Source of the DNA: Lachnospiraceae bacterium
GTDB lineage: Bacteria; Bacillota; Clostridia; Lachnospirales; Lachnospiraceae
Direction of reading: 5' to 3'
NCBI GenBank assembly: GCA_029012365.1
Contig: JAQXLY010000063.1
Span: 5,139-69,138 of the forward strand
DNA: 64,000 nt
Each line of letters begins with the position of its first letter. Within the stretch, counting starts at the first letter, position 1. Positions 27,565-37,636 of this stretch are shown one piece after another. The notes under the pieces are model-generated. The model was given only the letters and a program-made list of their open reading frames with translations. It was not told where the DNA came from and made no database searches. Position numbers and translations under genes: made by a program.

Positions 27565-29709
27565 ATGACGGAGAAGGATTTAAAAAAGAGAAAAGAGCAG
27601 ATTTTAAAGTTTATGAAAGAGCCGGGGTATGTTCCCATGCGCAAACGGGACATAGCTTCTATTTTCAGAGTACCGGCAGAAGCAAGAGAGGAGCTTGCTT
27701 ATGTGCTGGAGTTACTCCTTCAGGACGGGAGCATCACGATGGATACAAGAGGGCGTTATCATGTTGAGGATGTGACGGTTTTACAGGGAGAGTATCGTGG
27801 AACTACCAGAGACTTTGGCTTTATGTCACCGGAGGATAACAGTCCGGATGTTTATATCGAGGCAGGGTCAACTCTCGGTGCATTGAACGGAGATATTGTA
27901 CAGGCTGTTATATTTGAGGATGAGTCCGGAAAATCCGGAAGAAGCCGTGTGGGAAGAATTGTAAAAATTGTAAAGCGGGCAAATGAAACCGTAGTAGGAA
28001 CTTTTTTCCGAAAAAAGGAATACGGTTTTGTCGTGGCGGATGACAAGCGTTTCGGAAGCGATATTTTTATTGACGGAAAATATACAAAGGGAGCGGTAAG
28101 CGGTCATAAGGTGGCAGTTCAGATTACAGATTTTGGAAACGGAAAACAAAATCCAATGGGGAAGGTAACGGAAATTCTCGGACATATCAATGATCCCGGT
28201 AGTGATATCGTCACAATTTTAAGAGCATTCGGTATTCCGGAGACATTTCCTGAGGAGGTTTTGAAGGAGACGGAACAGGTGCCGGAAACAATTTCGGAAA
28301 AGGAATGTATGGGACGGCTGGATTTGCGTGACGAAGTCATGATTACGATCGACGGAGAGGATGCAAAGGATCTGGATGATGCGGTTTCATTAAGGAAAAC
28401 AGAAAACGGGTATCTTTTAGGAGTGCATATTGCGGATGTGACGGAATATGTCAGAGAAGGAAGTGCGTTAGATACGGAGGCAAAAAATCGTGGGACAAGT
28501 GTGTATTTGATCAACCGTGTTGTGCCGATGCTGCCGCACCGTCTTTCAAACGGAATCTGTTCTCTAAATGCCGGGGAAGACCGACTGGCGTTAAGCTGTC
28601 TGATGGAGCTGGCAGAGGACGGAGCGATTGTCGGACATCGTCTGGCGGAGACCGTTATTCATGTAAACCGCAGAACTTCATATACGGAGGTTGCAGGGAT
28701 TCTTTCTGCCGGAGAGGAGAGCAAAGCGGGCTCGGAAGCGGAGTACGGAGAGATTTACCCGATGATTCTTCTTATGGCGCGTGTGTCAGGCCTGCTTCGT
28801 CAGAGACGGAAGCTGCGCGGTGCGATAGATTTTGACTTTCCGGAAAGTAAAATCAGTCTGGATGAGACAGGAAAGCCAACAGAGATAAAACCGTATGAGA
28901 GAAACGATGCAACAAGAATGATAGAGGATTTTATGCTTGCGGCAAACGAAACGGTGGCAGAGGATTTTTTCTGGCAGGAACTCCCGTTTGTTTATCGTAT
29001 ACATGAAAGTCCGGATGAAGAGAAAATTAAGCAGCTCGGAGTTTTGATTCAAAATTTTGGGTATCATCTGCGCGGTTCCAAAACCGCTCCTCATCCGAAG
29101 GCATTGCAGAGTCTTTTGGAAAAGTCGGACGGAAGTCCGGAGGAAGCATTGATTGCAAGGCTTACGCTGCGTTCCATGAAGCAGGCAAAGTACAGTACCG
29201 ATTGTGAAGGACATTTCGGTCTGGCAACGAAATATTACTGTCATTTTACCTCCCCGATTCGCCGTTATCCCGATTTGCAGATTCACCGTATTATTAAGGA
29301 AAATCTGAGAGGGTGCTTAAATGAGAGCAGACGTGTTCATTACAAAAACAGTTTGCCGGAAGTGGCACAGCATTCTTCAAAAGCCGAGAGAAGAGCAGAT
29401 GAGGCGGAACGTGAATTGGAAAAGATGAAAAAGTGTGAGTACGCCGAAGAACGAATCGGTACCGTAGATGAGGGGATTGTTTCCGGAATCACGAATTACG
29501 GGCTTTATGTAGAGCTTCCGAATACTTTGGAAGGAATGGTGCGACTTTCGGATCTGACAGACGATTATTACTTTTTTGACGAGGAAAACTATTGTCTGAT
29601 AGGAGAAAGAACTCATAGGGTTTACAGAATGGGTCAGAGGCTTACGGTTAGGATTGACCGTGTTGATAAAATACTAAAGACTATTGATTTTTTGCCTGTT
29701 TCGCGGTAA
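27565..29709 (+). CDS. rnr: ribonuclease R
   Basis: RNB domain ([35 protein letters not shown]...[13 protein letters not shown]) plus a C-terminal S1 domain. Start set at the ATG at 27565. Confidence 0.9.
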   Translation: MTEKDLKKRKEQILKFMKEPGYVPMRKRDIASIFRVPAEAREELAYVLELLLQDGSITMDTRGRYHVEDVTVLQGEYRGTTRDFGFMSPEDNSPDVYIEAGSTLGALNGDIVQAVIFEDESGKSGRSRVGRIVKIVKRANETVVGTFFRKKEYGFVVADDKRFGSDIFIDGKYTKGAVSGHKVAVQITDFGNGKQNPMGKVTEILGHINDPGSDIVTILRAFGIPETFPEEVLKETEQVPETISEKECMGRLDLRDEVMITIDGEDAKDLDDAVSLRKTENGYLLGVHIADVTEYVREGSALDTEAKNRGTSVYLINRVVPMLPHRLSNGICSLNAGEDRLALSCLMELAEDGAIVGHRLAETVIHVNRRTSYTEVAGILSAGEESKAGSEAEYGEIYPMILLMARVSGLLRQRRKLRGAIDFDFPESKISLDETGKPTEIKPYERNDATRMIEDFMLAANETVAEDFFWQELPFVYRIHESPDEEKIKQLGVLIQNFGYHLRGSKTAPHPKALQSLLEKSDGSPEEALIARLTLRSMKQAKYSTDCEGHFGLATKYYCHFTSPIRRYPDLQIHRIIKENLRGCLNESRRVHYKNSLPEVAQHSSKAERRADEAERELEKMKKCEYAEERIGTVDEGIVSGITNYGLYVELPNTLEGMVRLSDLTDDYYFFDEENYCLIGERTHRVYRMGQRLTVRIDRVDKILKTIDFLPVSR

Positions 29710-29740
29710 ACTGAATGTAGTGAAGACAGGGGGGAAATGT

Positions 29741-30214
29741 ATGGCAGATAGAAAGCAGACGGTTAAACTGATTGCAAACAATAAGAAGGCATATTTTGAT
29801 TATTTTATAGAAGAAAAATACGAAGCGGGAATTGAATTGTTCGGGACGGAAGTAAAATCGCTGCGTATGGGAAAGTGCAGCCTGAAGGAGTCCTTTATAC
29901 GAATTGAGCGCGGAGAGGTTTTTGTTTACGGTATGCATATCAGTCCTTATGAGAAGGGAAATATTTTTAATAAAGACCCTTTACGTGCCCGCAGGCTGTT
30001 GATGCACAAACGGGAGATTATGAAGTTATCCGGTGAGCTAGCCCAGAAAGGGTATACCTTGGTTCCTCTTTCGATTTATTTCAAAGGCAGTCTTGTGAAG
30101 GTAGAGATTGGTCTGGCAAAGGGTAAGAAGCTTTATGATAAGAGGGAATCATTAGCAAAGAAGGACCAGAGGAGAGAAGCCGAGAAGGAATTTAAGATAA
30201 GAAATTTATCTTAG
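29741..30214 (+). CDS. smpB: SsrA-binding protein
   Basis: [30 protein letters not shown]...[10 protein letters not shown], the canonical SmpB sequence. Start set at the ATG at 29741. Confidence 0.95.
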   Translation: MADRKQTVKLIANNKKAYFDYFIEEKYEAGIELFGTEVKSLRMGKCSLKESFIRIERGEVFVYGMHISPYEKGNIFNKDPLRARRLLMHKREIMKLSGELAQKGYTLVPLSIYFKGSLVKVEIGLAKGKKLYDKRESLAKKDQRREAEKEFKIRNLS

Positions 30215-30243
30215 AGGTGGGATACAACGGAGGAGGTAGTCTG

Positions 30244-31326
30244 GTGAAAAGAGTAAAAACAGCACTTTTGGTACCGGGAATGGTAATAGCTAAGGATGTT
30301 CATAACGCAAACAATATTCTTGTTATAGGAAAGAATACGGTTCTGACGGACGAATATATTACAAAGCTGACCTTTCACAGCATTTATTCTGTGTACATTA
30401 AGGAGGAAGTTGTACAGGAGCAGAAGAAGCCGGAAAACGAAAAAAGTTTTGCCCACTCAAGAGTGAAGGATTCGGCAGAGTTTAAAGCATTCAGGGAAAG
30501 CTATGAAAAAGCGGTAGTAAAGCTGGAGGCTACATTTCAGGATATTATCTCAATGCAGTCCCAGAAAATCGGTATTTCCGAGCTATGCAGACAGGCTACC
30601 GATATGTTGGATGATACACGTGGAGGAATTCATGTGTTTGATATTTTGCATAACATGAGGGATTATGACGACAGTACCTTTAATCACTCTATGAATGTGG
30701 CTTTGATTTGTAACGTATTTGCGGACTGGATGCATATGTCTGACATGGAAAAGGAGATTGCTACTGTTTGCGGTCTTTTACATGATATCGGCAAGCTCAG
30801 AATACCGGATCGTATTGTAAAGAAAACGGCTCGTTTGACAGACGAGGAATATGAGCTTATTAAAACCCATCCTATGGAGGGATATAATATATTGTTTGAG
30901 TCACGTTTTATTTCCAGTGTTCAGAATGCTGCATTAATGCATCATGAACGTAGTGACGGTTCGGGGTATCCGCTGGGATTAAAGGGAAATCAAATCGATA
31001 AGTTTGCAAAGATGGTTGCGATTGCGGATGTTTATGATGCGATGACTGCTGCGAGGGTTTATCGTGGCGCGTTATGTCCGTTTAAAGTAATTGAAATGTT
31101 TGAAAAAGAAGGATTCACTATGTTTGATCCTGAGTATATGCTCGTTTTTCTTGAGAATATTGTTCAGACTTATTTAAGAAACTGGGCCAGACTGAGTAAC
31201 GGTCGTGAAGGAGAGATAGTAATGCTAAATAAGCAAAAGCTTTCCAGACCGGTTATTTTATGCGGAAGCGAGTTTATTAATCTCGGAGAGCATCCGGAGA
31301 TTACAATTGAAGAGATATTAATCTGA
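30244..31326 (+). CDS. HD-GYP domain protein (putative cyclic-di-GMP phosphodiesterase)
   Basis: HSMNVA...LLHDIGKLRIP...HHERSDGSGYP motifs. GTG start at 30244, 7 nt after GGAGGAGG. Confidence 0.85.
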   Translation: MKRVKTALLVPGMVIAKDVHNANNILVIGKNTVLTDEYITKLTFHSIYSVYIKEEVVQEQKKPENEKSFAHSRVKDSAEFKAFRESYEKAVVKLEATFQDIISMQSQKIGISELCRQATDMLDDTRGGIHVFDILHNMRDYDDSTFNHSMNVALICNVFADWMHMSDMEKEIATVCGLLHDIGKLRIPDRIVKKTARLTDEEYELIKTHPMEGYNILFESRFISSVQNAALMHHERSDGSGYPLGLKGNQIDKFAKMVAIADVYDAMTAARVYRGALCPFKVIEMFEKEGFTMFDPEYMLVFLENIVQTYLRNWARLSNGREGEIVMLNKQKLSRPVILCGSEFINLGEHPEITIEEILI

Positions 31327-31396
31327 GGATATCCGGGCATATATTGTGGGTGGGACAAAAGCACGAAAAAAGTTTCTTCTTTTTTTAGCAAAGTAC

Positions 31397-31425
31397 TTTA
31401 CTTTTAAGCATGGATGTGTTATATT
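31397..31425 (+). promoter_or_regulatory. promoter for rpsO
   Basis: TTTACT, 17 nt, TATATT with a TGt extended -10. A ~90-nt 5' UTR follows. Confidence 0.5.
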
Positions 31426-31518
31426 AAATAAGCTTGTAGGCAAGCCGCCGCTCAGAAGACGGATACTCCAGCCTCTTACTTAGTGGCAGGCGATTATAAT
31501 GATTAGGAGGTTGCTATT

Positions 31519-31785
31519 ATGATTAGCAAGGAAAAGAAGGCAGAAATTATTGCAGCATACGGAAGAAATGCAAACGATACCGGTTCTCCGGAGGTTCAGA
31601 TTGCCATTCTTACTGCAAGAATTAATGAGCTCACTGAGCATTTAAAGGTGAATCAGAAGGATCATCATTCCCGTCGCGGTCTTTTAAAGATGGTTGGTCA
31701 GAGACGTGGTATGTTAGAGTACTTAAAGAAGAACGATCTGGAAGGATATCGTTCCTTGATTGAGCGTTTGGGCTTAAGAAAGTAA
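31519..31785 (+). CDS. rpsO: 30S ribosomal protein S15
   Basis: 88 aa with [42 protein letters not shown]. Confidence 0.95.
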   Translation: MISKEKKAEIIAAYGRNANDTGSPEVQIAILTARINELTEHLKVNQKDHHSRRGLLKMVGQRRGMLEYLKKNDLEGYRSLIERLGLRK

Positions 31786-31805
31786 TTGAACTGCAAGACC
31801 GGTCA

Positions 31806-31843
31806 GGGGCGTTTCCGAAACGGAAGCGTCCCTTTTTCTTTTT
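31806..31843 (+). terminator. rho-independent terminator of rpsO
   Basis: Stem ggggcgtttccg/cggaagcgtccc (two G-U pairs valid on the plus strand) followed by TTTTTCTTTTT. Confidence 0.75.
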
Positions 31844-31919
31844 ATGGTTTACAATAGATGTTGGTTTGTAATTGCTTCGGATGTGTTACATGCATGGCAG
31901 AAGCAGGAAGGAGAAATCT

Positions 31920-33317
31920 GTGTACAGCTATTCAGCTACGCAATGGTTGTGTTTTTTTTATTTATATTGTTTTGTCGGGTGGTGCTTTGAGAGCACCTAT
32001 GTTTCGATTCGAAAGCATAAACCGGTGAACCGGGGCTTTATGCGAGGCCCGTATCTTCCGCTCTATGGTTCGGGGGCAATTGTGATGCTGTTTGTATCTT
32101 TGCCGTTCCGGAACAGCCTTATCCTTACCTTTCTTGCAGGAAGTATCGGGGCAACAATACTGGAATATGTAACAGGTGTAGTAATGGAGGCTTTGTTTAA
32201 GGTACGGTATTGGGATTATTCGGATCAGAAGTTAAATTTTCAAGGACATATTTGTCTGTCATCCTCTATTGCGTGGGGTGTTCTGACCATATTTTTAACA
32301 CGTGTATTACATAAACCTGTGGAAAAGCTGGTGACAGCAATTCCCGAACAGGTGCTGACGCCCTGCACGTATCTGGTTACAGTCATTGTTGCGGTAGATT
32401 TTGCCTTATCCGTGAAGGCTGCTCTTGATTTGAGGGATGTTTTACTCAAACTCGAAAAGGCAAAACGGGATATGGAGCTGTTACAAAAACGTCTGGATGT
32501 TATGATTGCATTTGCAGAGGACGCGATAGAGAAGAAGCGGCAGGAGCGTAGTATACGTTCCGGAGAATTAATCGGTATCATTGAGGAACGCTTTGAGAAG
32601 CTTCGCGAGGTTCGTGGAAAGGATATGCTAAATGGTGAGCTGGCAGAATTAAGGGAGCGCTTTGTTGAACTTAAAAGTAAAAGAGAACAGCTTCGTACCG
32701 TAGAAAACGGATATAGAAAGCATTTGCTGATTCATAATCCTTCCATGCATTCGGAACGGTTCAGGGAGGCTTTGGATGTACTTAAGCAGTCTGCCGAGGA
32801 GCATGATAAGAGAAGAGGAAAAATACGGCGTGTGACGAAAAATACAGAGGATATGTTTTTTTCATTGGCAGGAGAATACCTTCCTGATAGTGACATGGAT
32901 AAGATGAAGCTTCGTGAAAAGCAGTATCCTAAGACGTTTTTGGTATGCATGTGCGGTAGAAAAGTAGTGGGAGTGGCTTACGGTTGGCCACGGGCACTGG
33001 ATGCACCGGAGGATACTTCCTTTGTTCTGGATGGGATTGCAGTGGAAGAAGGTTTTCAAAAGAAAGGATATGGAACGAAACTTCTCCGTGCGTTTGAAAA
33101 AAATGCCCGCAGATACGGGTTTTCTAGTGTTTCTTTAGGCTCGGCAGGCGGGAAAACAGAAAAGTTCTACCTTAAAAACGGCTATATTCCTACAGAGTAT
33201 AAGGTTATTGCAGAAGATGGGACGCATCCGGTGAAAGCCTTTGAGGGAATAGAGGATTATGAATGCTACGAACGCCCGCAGGAAGACGGTTTTGTAGTAA
33301 TGGAAAAAAGGATATAG
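31920..33317 (+). CDS. fusion protein: PF06541-like membrane domain, coiled-coil linker and a C-terminal GNAT acetyltransferase domain
   Basis: N-terminus: 4-5 TM helices with YWDYSDQKLNFQGHICL. Middle ~170 aa: charged, heptad-like (KAKRDMELLQKRLD...ELRERFVELKSKREQL). C-terminus: GIAVEEGFQKKGYGTKLLRAFE. GTG start at 31920 behind GGAAGGAG. Confidence 0.6.
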   Translation: MYSYSATQWLCFFYLYCFVGWCFESTYVSIRKHKPVNRGFMRGPYLPLYGSGAIVMLFVSLPFRNSLILTFLAGSIGATILEYVTGVVMEALFKVRYWDYSDQKLNFQGHICLSSSIAWGVLTIFLTRVLHKPVEKLVTAIPEQVLTPCTYLVTVIVAVDFALSVKAALDLRDVLLKLEKAKRDMELLQKRLDVMIAFAEDAIEKKRQERSIRSGELIGIIEERFEKLREVRGKDMLNGELAELRERFVELKSKREQLRTVENGYRKHLLIHNPSMHSERFREALDVLKQSAEEHDKRRGKIRRVTKNTEDMFFSLAGEYLPDSDMDKMKLREKQYPKTFLVCMCGRKVVGVAYGWPRALDAPEDTSFVLDGIAVEEGFQKKGYGTKLLRAFEKNARRYGFSSVSLGSAGGKTEKFYLKNGYIPTEYKVIAEDGTHPVKAFEGIEDYECYERPQEDGFVVMEKRI

Positions 33318-33334
33318 AGAATCGTCTATAAAGA

Positions 33335-33373
33335 AAAGGAGCAGTCACATTTCATTTATGCGACAGCTCCTTT
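33335..33373. terminator. bidirectional terminator hairpin
   Basis: 12-bp stem aaaggagcagtc/gacagctccttt (one mismatch) between convergent genes. Confidence 0.6.
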
Positions 33374-33384
33374 ATTACTCGATT

Positions 33385-33810
33385 TTATTCCTTTGAAAAT
33401 TTCTGTTCGCAGTATTCACAGCGATAGATTGCACGGGTACGGTCTGTTAATTTGAAACGGTGAGGAAGCTCCTGTTCAATGGAGGTAATACAACGCGGAT
33501 TTTTGCAACGGATGATATTGGTTACACGTTCCGGCAAATTCAGTTTCCTCTTCTCCACAATTACTCCGTCCTTTATTATATTAATCGTAATATTTGGGTC
33601 AAGCACTCCGAGAATATCAAAGTCGATATCAATCGCTCCTTCAATCTTGATAATGTCTTTCTTACCCATGGCGTTACTTTTCGCATTTTTTATAATTGCC
33701 ACGCAGGCATCGCTTTTTTCAAGCTCCAGATAGCGGTAGATGTCCATAGAGCCTCCGGCTACAATGTGGTCCATAACAACACCGTCTTTAATTCCTCCGA
33801 TATTTAACAT
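33385..33810 (-). CDS. pyrI: aspartate carbamoyltransferase regulatory subunit
   Basis: 141 aa with a C-terminal zinc motif CKNPRCIT...YRCEYC. Lies directly downstream of pyrB. Confidence 0.9.
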   Translation of the reverse strand: MLNIGGIKDGVVMDHIVAGGSMDIYRYLELEKSDACVAIIKNAKSNAMGKKDIIKIEGAIDIDFDILGVLDPNITINIIKDGVIVEKRKLNLPERVTNIIRCKNPRCITSIEQELPHRFKLTDRTRAIYRCEYCEQKFSKE

Positions 33811-33834
33811 AGTCCGTCTCCTTTTTGTGTGGGT

Positions 33835-34758
33835 TTAGTTATTTACAGTGATTCCGAGCAGTGTCATAATCAGTGCCATCCGGACATAGACACCATAATT
33901 CGCCTGCTTAAAATATACGGCACGCGGGTCATCATCCACATCCGTTGATATCTCATTTACCCGTGGAAGCGGATGAAGAATCAGCATATCATCCTTTGCA
34001 TACTGAAGCTTTTGCTTATCGAGAATAAAGGTATCTTTCAGACGAATGTAATCCTCCTCATTAAAGAATCGTTCCTTCTGTACTCTGGTCATATAAAGAA
34101 TATCAAGCTTTGGCAACGCTGCCTCCAGGTTGTTTGTTTCCTCATACGGAATTTGCATCGGATTCAGGGTTTCTTCCTTTAAGTAGGTCGGAATCTTCAG
34201 TTCTTCCGGAGAAATCAGAATAAAGCGCGTATTCGGATAACGAACCATTGCGTTAATGAGAGAGTGTACGGTTCTGCCGAATTTTAAGTCGCCGCAGAAG
34301 CCTATGGTCAGACCGTCTAAGTGTCCCTTTAAGCTTTTGATGGTAAGTAAATCGGTTAAGGTCTGTGTCGGGTGGTTGTGACCGCCGTCGCCTGCATTAA
34401 TGACCGGAATGGAAGAGTGCATGGAAGCTACGAGCGGAGCACCCTCCTTCGGATGACGCATTGCACAGATATCAGCATAAAACGAAATAACACGAATCGT
34501 ATCTGCCACACTCTCGCCTTTTGCTGCGGAGGAAGAATCGGCAGAAGAAAAACCAAGAACACTACCGCCGAGATTTAACATTGCAGCTTCAAAACTGAGA
34601 CGGGTACGTGTGCTTGGTTCATAAAATAAAGTCGCTAATTTTTTGCCCTGACAACAATGGGAATACTTCTCCGGTGAGGAATAAATATCCTCGGCAAGTG
34701 CGAGCAAATCGGAAAGCTCGTCCGGTGATAAATCTAACGGGCTGATTAAGTGTTTCAT
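33835..34758 (-). CDS. pyrB: aspartate carbamoyltransferase catalytic subunit
   Basis: [13 protein letters not shown] and HPLPR motifs, 307 aa. Confidence 0.95.
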   Translation of the reverse strand: MKHLISPLDLSPDELSDLLALAEDIYSSPEKYSHCCQGKKLATLFYEPSTRTRLSFEAAMLNLGGSVLGFSSADSSSAAKGESVADTIRVISFYADICAMRHPKEGAPLVASMHSSIPVINAGDGGHNHPTQTLTDLLTIKSLKGHLDGLTIGFCGDLKFGRTVHSLINAMVRYPNTRFILISPEELKIPTYLKEETLNPMQIPYEETNNLEAALPKLDILYMTRVQKERFFNEEDYIRLKDTFILDKQKLQYAKDDMLILHPLPRVNEISTDVDDDPRAVYFKQANYGVYVRMALIMTLLGITVNN

Positions 34759-34804
34759 AGATACCTCCCTGAATAGTTATAAATGTGAAGTAACATTTTC
34801 AACT

Positions 34805-34833
34805 ATTATACAGTATATCGGGTAGGTTGGCAA
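34805..34833 (-). promoter_or_regulatory. promoter for pyrBI
   Basis: On the minus strand: TTGCCA, 17 nt, TATAAT, about 45 nt upstream of the pyrB ATG. Confidence 0.55.
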
Positions 34834-34866
34834 GACCTAAAAATTTTCAATATGTCCGGAAAATGA

Positions 34867-34902
34867 AAAAATAGCTGCCGCATAAATCTGGGCAGCTATT
34901 TT
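34867..34902 (-). terminator. rho-independent terminator of uxaC
   Basis: Stem aatagctgcc/ggcagctatt; on the minus strand it is followed by a T-run. Confidence 0.7.
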
Positions 34903-34915
34903 CGAGAGGAGGGAT

Positions 34916-36325
34916 TTATCTATCGATAAATTTGAAATAGCGCATTGTGTTGTTGTAGGAAATATCCTGTACCATTTTGCCTAAGAACTCCATGTCTGCC
35001 GGATACTCACCGTTTTCCACCCAGGTGCCGATGAGGTTACACAGGATACGTCGGAAGTATTCATGTCGTGTATAGGAAAGGAAGCTTCTGGAGTCGGTTA
35101 ACATTCCGATAAAGTTAGCCAGAAGTCCGAGGTTTGCGAGAGAGGTCATCTGCTCGGCCATACCGGTTTTGTTGTCGTTGAACCACCATGCGGAGCCGTG
35201 CTGAATCTTTCCGACGGCGGAAGAATCCTGAAAACAGCCGATAATCGTATCGATGGCTGCATTGTCAATCGGGTTGATGGAGTACAATACGGTACGAGGG
35301 AGCTCGTCGGTCTGTGCCAGCGCATCTAAAAAAGCGGCAAGCTCTGCGGAACAGTTGACGGAATTGATACAGTCAAAGCCGGTATCCGGTCCTACGGCAT
35401 TAAAAAGCTTTGTATTATTATCGCGGCGGACACCGTAGTGAAGCTGCATTGCCCAGTCAAGGCGGTGATATTCCCTGCCCATAAATAACAGGAAAGCATA
35501 CTTAAATGCAGTCTGCTCCGCGAGAGACGGCATTTCGCCGGAAAGACGTTTCTTAAAGATTGCGGAAATCTCTTCCTCGGAAGCAGGAGCGTACATTACA
35601 TATTCCAGACCATGGTCGGAAATTTTACAGCCCATGGATGCAAAGAAATCAAGTCGTATACGAAGTGCTTCCTTTAAATCCGCAAATGATTCAATTTTAA
35701 CGCCGCTGACAGCGGACAGCTTGGTCAGATAGTCAAGGTAATCAGGCTTTTCAAGATTCATCGCCTTGTCGGGACGCCATGCCGGAAGCACCCTGACATC
35801 AAAGGAATCATCGGCTGCAATCATTTTGTGCCAGCTAAGAGAGTCGGCAGGATCATCTGTGGTGCAGATAACAGTAACATTAGACCTTTTTATGAGGTTA
35901 CGGGCGCTGAAATCCGCTTCCGCAAGCTTTTTATTACAAAGATTCCAGACCTCATCGGCTGTTTCAGGGGAGAGAGTGCCCTCATATCCGAAATATCGCT
36001 TAAGCTCCAGATGACTCCAATGATAGAGGGGGTTGCCGATTGCTTTCTGTAAAGTACCGGCCCATGCAACAAATTTTTCATAATCGCTTGCATCACCGGT
36101 GATGTATTTTTCTTCCACACCGTTCGAACGCATCTGGCGCCACTTATAATGGTCACCGCCAAGCCATACCTGCGTGATATTTTCAAACCTGCGGTCTTCG
36201 GCAATTTCCTGCGGATTAATGTGGCAGTGGTAGTCGACAACCGGCATTTTTGCGGCATAGTCGTGATAAAGTGTTTTTGCGGTTTCAGTGGAGAGTAAAA
36301 AATCTTTTCCCATAAACGGTATCAT
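34916..36325 (-). CDS. uxaC: glucuronate isomerase
   Basis: DYHCHINPQEI...WLGGDHYKWR...HYGVRRDNN, typical UxaC. Start set at the ATG at 36325 (MIPFMGKDFLL); the longer track ORF would overlap the LacI-family gene. Confidence 0.9.
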   Translation of the reverse strand: MIPFMGKDFLLSTETAKTLYHDYAAKMPVVDYHCHINPQEIAEDRRFENITQVWLGGDHYKWRQMRSNGVEEKYITGDASDYEKFVAWAGTLQKAIGNPLYHWSHLELKRYFGYEGTLSPETADEVWNLCNKKLAEADFSARNLIKRSNVTVICTTDDPADSLSWHKMIAADDSFDVRVLPAWRPDKAMNLEKPDYLDYLTKLSAVSGVKIESFADLKEALRIRLDFFASMGCKISDHGLEYVMYAPASEEEISAIFKKRLSGEMPSLAEQTAFKYAFLLFMGREYHRLDWAMQLHYGVRRDNNTKLFNAVGPDTGFDCINSVNCSAELAAFLDALAQTDELPRTVLYSINPIDNAAIDTIIGCFQDSSAVGKIQHGSAWWFNDNKTGMAEQMTSLANLGLLANFIGMLTDSRSFLSYTRHEYFRRILCNLIGTWVENGEYPADMEFLGKMVQDISYNNTMRYFKFIDR

Positions 36326-36413
36326 AGTATAACCTTCTTTCTTATAATTTCGTGCAAAATATGTTTTTTCATCCGGCACGGCACCGGTGGAATACGTAAA
36401 TAATCGGTAGCTT

Positions 36414-37412
36414 TTAATAAGCGGTTCCGCGGGCAATAAAGTCGTTTGAAATCGTAGTTTTGTTCGGAACGTCTGCACCTTTTAGTATCCGCATCAGGGT
36501 ATTGACCGTAGTGATGCTTAAGGTTTCGACATGATTATCCAGTGTGGACAGTTCCGGCTCGGTACAGATACCGAGAAGGGAATTATTGTATCCGACGATT
36601 TCGAGGTCCTCCGGGATACGGATGCCGGACGCTCCCGCAAATTTGACGGCTCCTACCGCAAGTACATCCTCGGCAGTTAAAATAGCATCGAAGATATGTC
36701 CTTCTTTATAAAGAGAGAGGAGAAAGTCCTTTGTGGCAATGATGTCATTAGAGCAAAGACACACGGTATCCTCGGAGAACGGAAGACCGGCCGCTGTCAT
36801 ACCGTCCTTAAATCCTTTGATTTTACTGCGACTGCTGCTACTGTCTGAACGGTACAGGAATAGAAAGTTCTTCTTTCCGTGTGAGACAAGCCGTATTACG
36901 GCATCATAGACAGCCTGATAATCATCGCAGAGGGTGCAGAAAATATTCGGGTGGTTCAGATATCCGTTAATCATCATGACAGGAACCTTTTCGGCCGCTG
37001 ATAAAATGTAATCATTATCCGATTTGTTGGCTTCCAGATAATGAGAACCGACCAGAATAACCGCATCGACACGTTTGGAAAGCAGAAGATGAAGATACTT
37101 TTTCTTGTTTTCCAATTCATATCCGGTGCAGCAGAGAAAGGATTCGTAACCGTTTTTACGAAGCGCCTGTTCTATATAGTAAACTGCATTTGCCAGAAAG
37201 GTATCCGAGGAATCGGAGCAGAGAATACCGATGGTGTGCATGGTATTTAAGCCGAGTCCTCTGGCAAATACATTCGGTGTATAGCCGAGCTCATCCATAA
37301 CAGAGAGAACCTTGTCCTTTGTTTTTTCGCTGACGTTCGGATTTCCGTTTAATACGCGGGAAACCGTTGCAATGGAAACGCCTGCCTTTTTTGAAACATC
37401 GTAAATATTCAT
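36414..37412 (-). CDS. LacI family transcriptional regulator
   Basis: N-terminal HTH MNIYDVSKKAGVSIATVSRVLNG plus a periplasmic-binding-protein-like core. Confidence 0.9.
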   Translation of the reverse strand: MNIYDVSKKAGVSIATVSRVLNGNPNVSEKTKDKVLSVMDELGYTPNVFARGLGLNTMHTIGILCSDSSDTFLANAVYYIEQALRKNGYESFLCCTGYELENKKKYLHLLLSKRVDAVILVGSHYLEANKSDNDYILSAAEKVPVMMINGYLNHPNIFCTLCDDYQAVYDAVIRLVSHGKKNFLFLYRSDSSSSRSKIKGFKDGMTAAGLPFSEDTVCLCSNDIIATKDFLLSLYKEGHIFDAILTAEDVLAVGAVKFAGASGIRIPEDLEIVGYNNSLLGICTEPELSTLDNHVETLSITTVNTLMRILKGADVPNKTTISNDFIARGTAY

Positions 37413-37547
37413 AATGAAAGCCCTTACAAAAAGTAGTAAAATAAAACGCTTAAAGCAGCGCTTTTATAAATTAATTATACACTAGGCAAAGAACTATCGC
37501 AAGTATATTTTTAAGAAAAAAGTGTGAGAATATCAGTGAAAAATTGA

Positions 37548-37576
37548 TTGACAGTTTTAGGTAAAATGTGTACAAT
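37548..37576 (+). promoter_or_regulatory. promoter for the sugar kinase gene
   Basis: TTGACA, 17 nt, TACAAT. Confidence 0.55.
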
Positions 37577-37581
37577 AGGCA

Positions 37582-37595
37582 TGTAAACGCTTACA
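37582..37595. promoter_or_regulatory. LacI-family / cre-like operator
   Basis: TGTAAACGCTTACA fits the TGNAANCGNTNNCA pattern and lies 6 nt downstream of the -10 element. Confidence 0.5.
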
Positions 37596-37636
37596 AACGT
37601 AATGCGACAATTTGCAGTATAAAGGAGAGTAAAACA

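Noticed and set aside
34759-34804. PyrR-binding attenuator upstream of pyrB
   Set aside because: The predicted 5' UTR is only ~45 nt. It has no PyrR box (ARUCCAGAGAGGYU-like) and no terminator/antiterminator structures.
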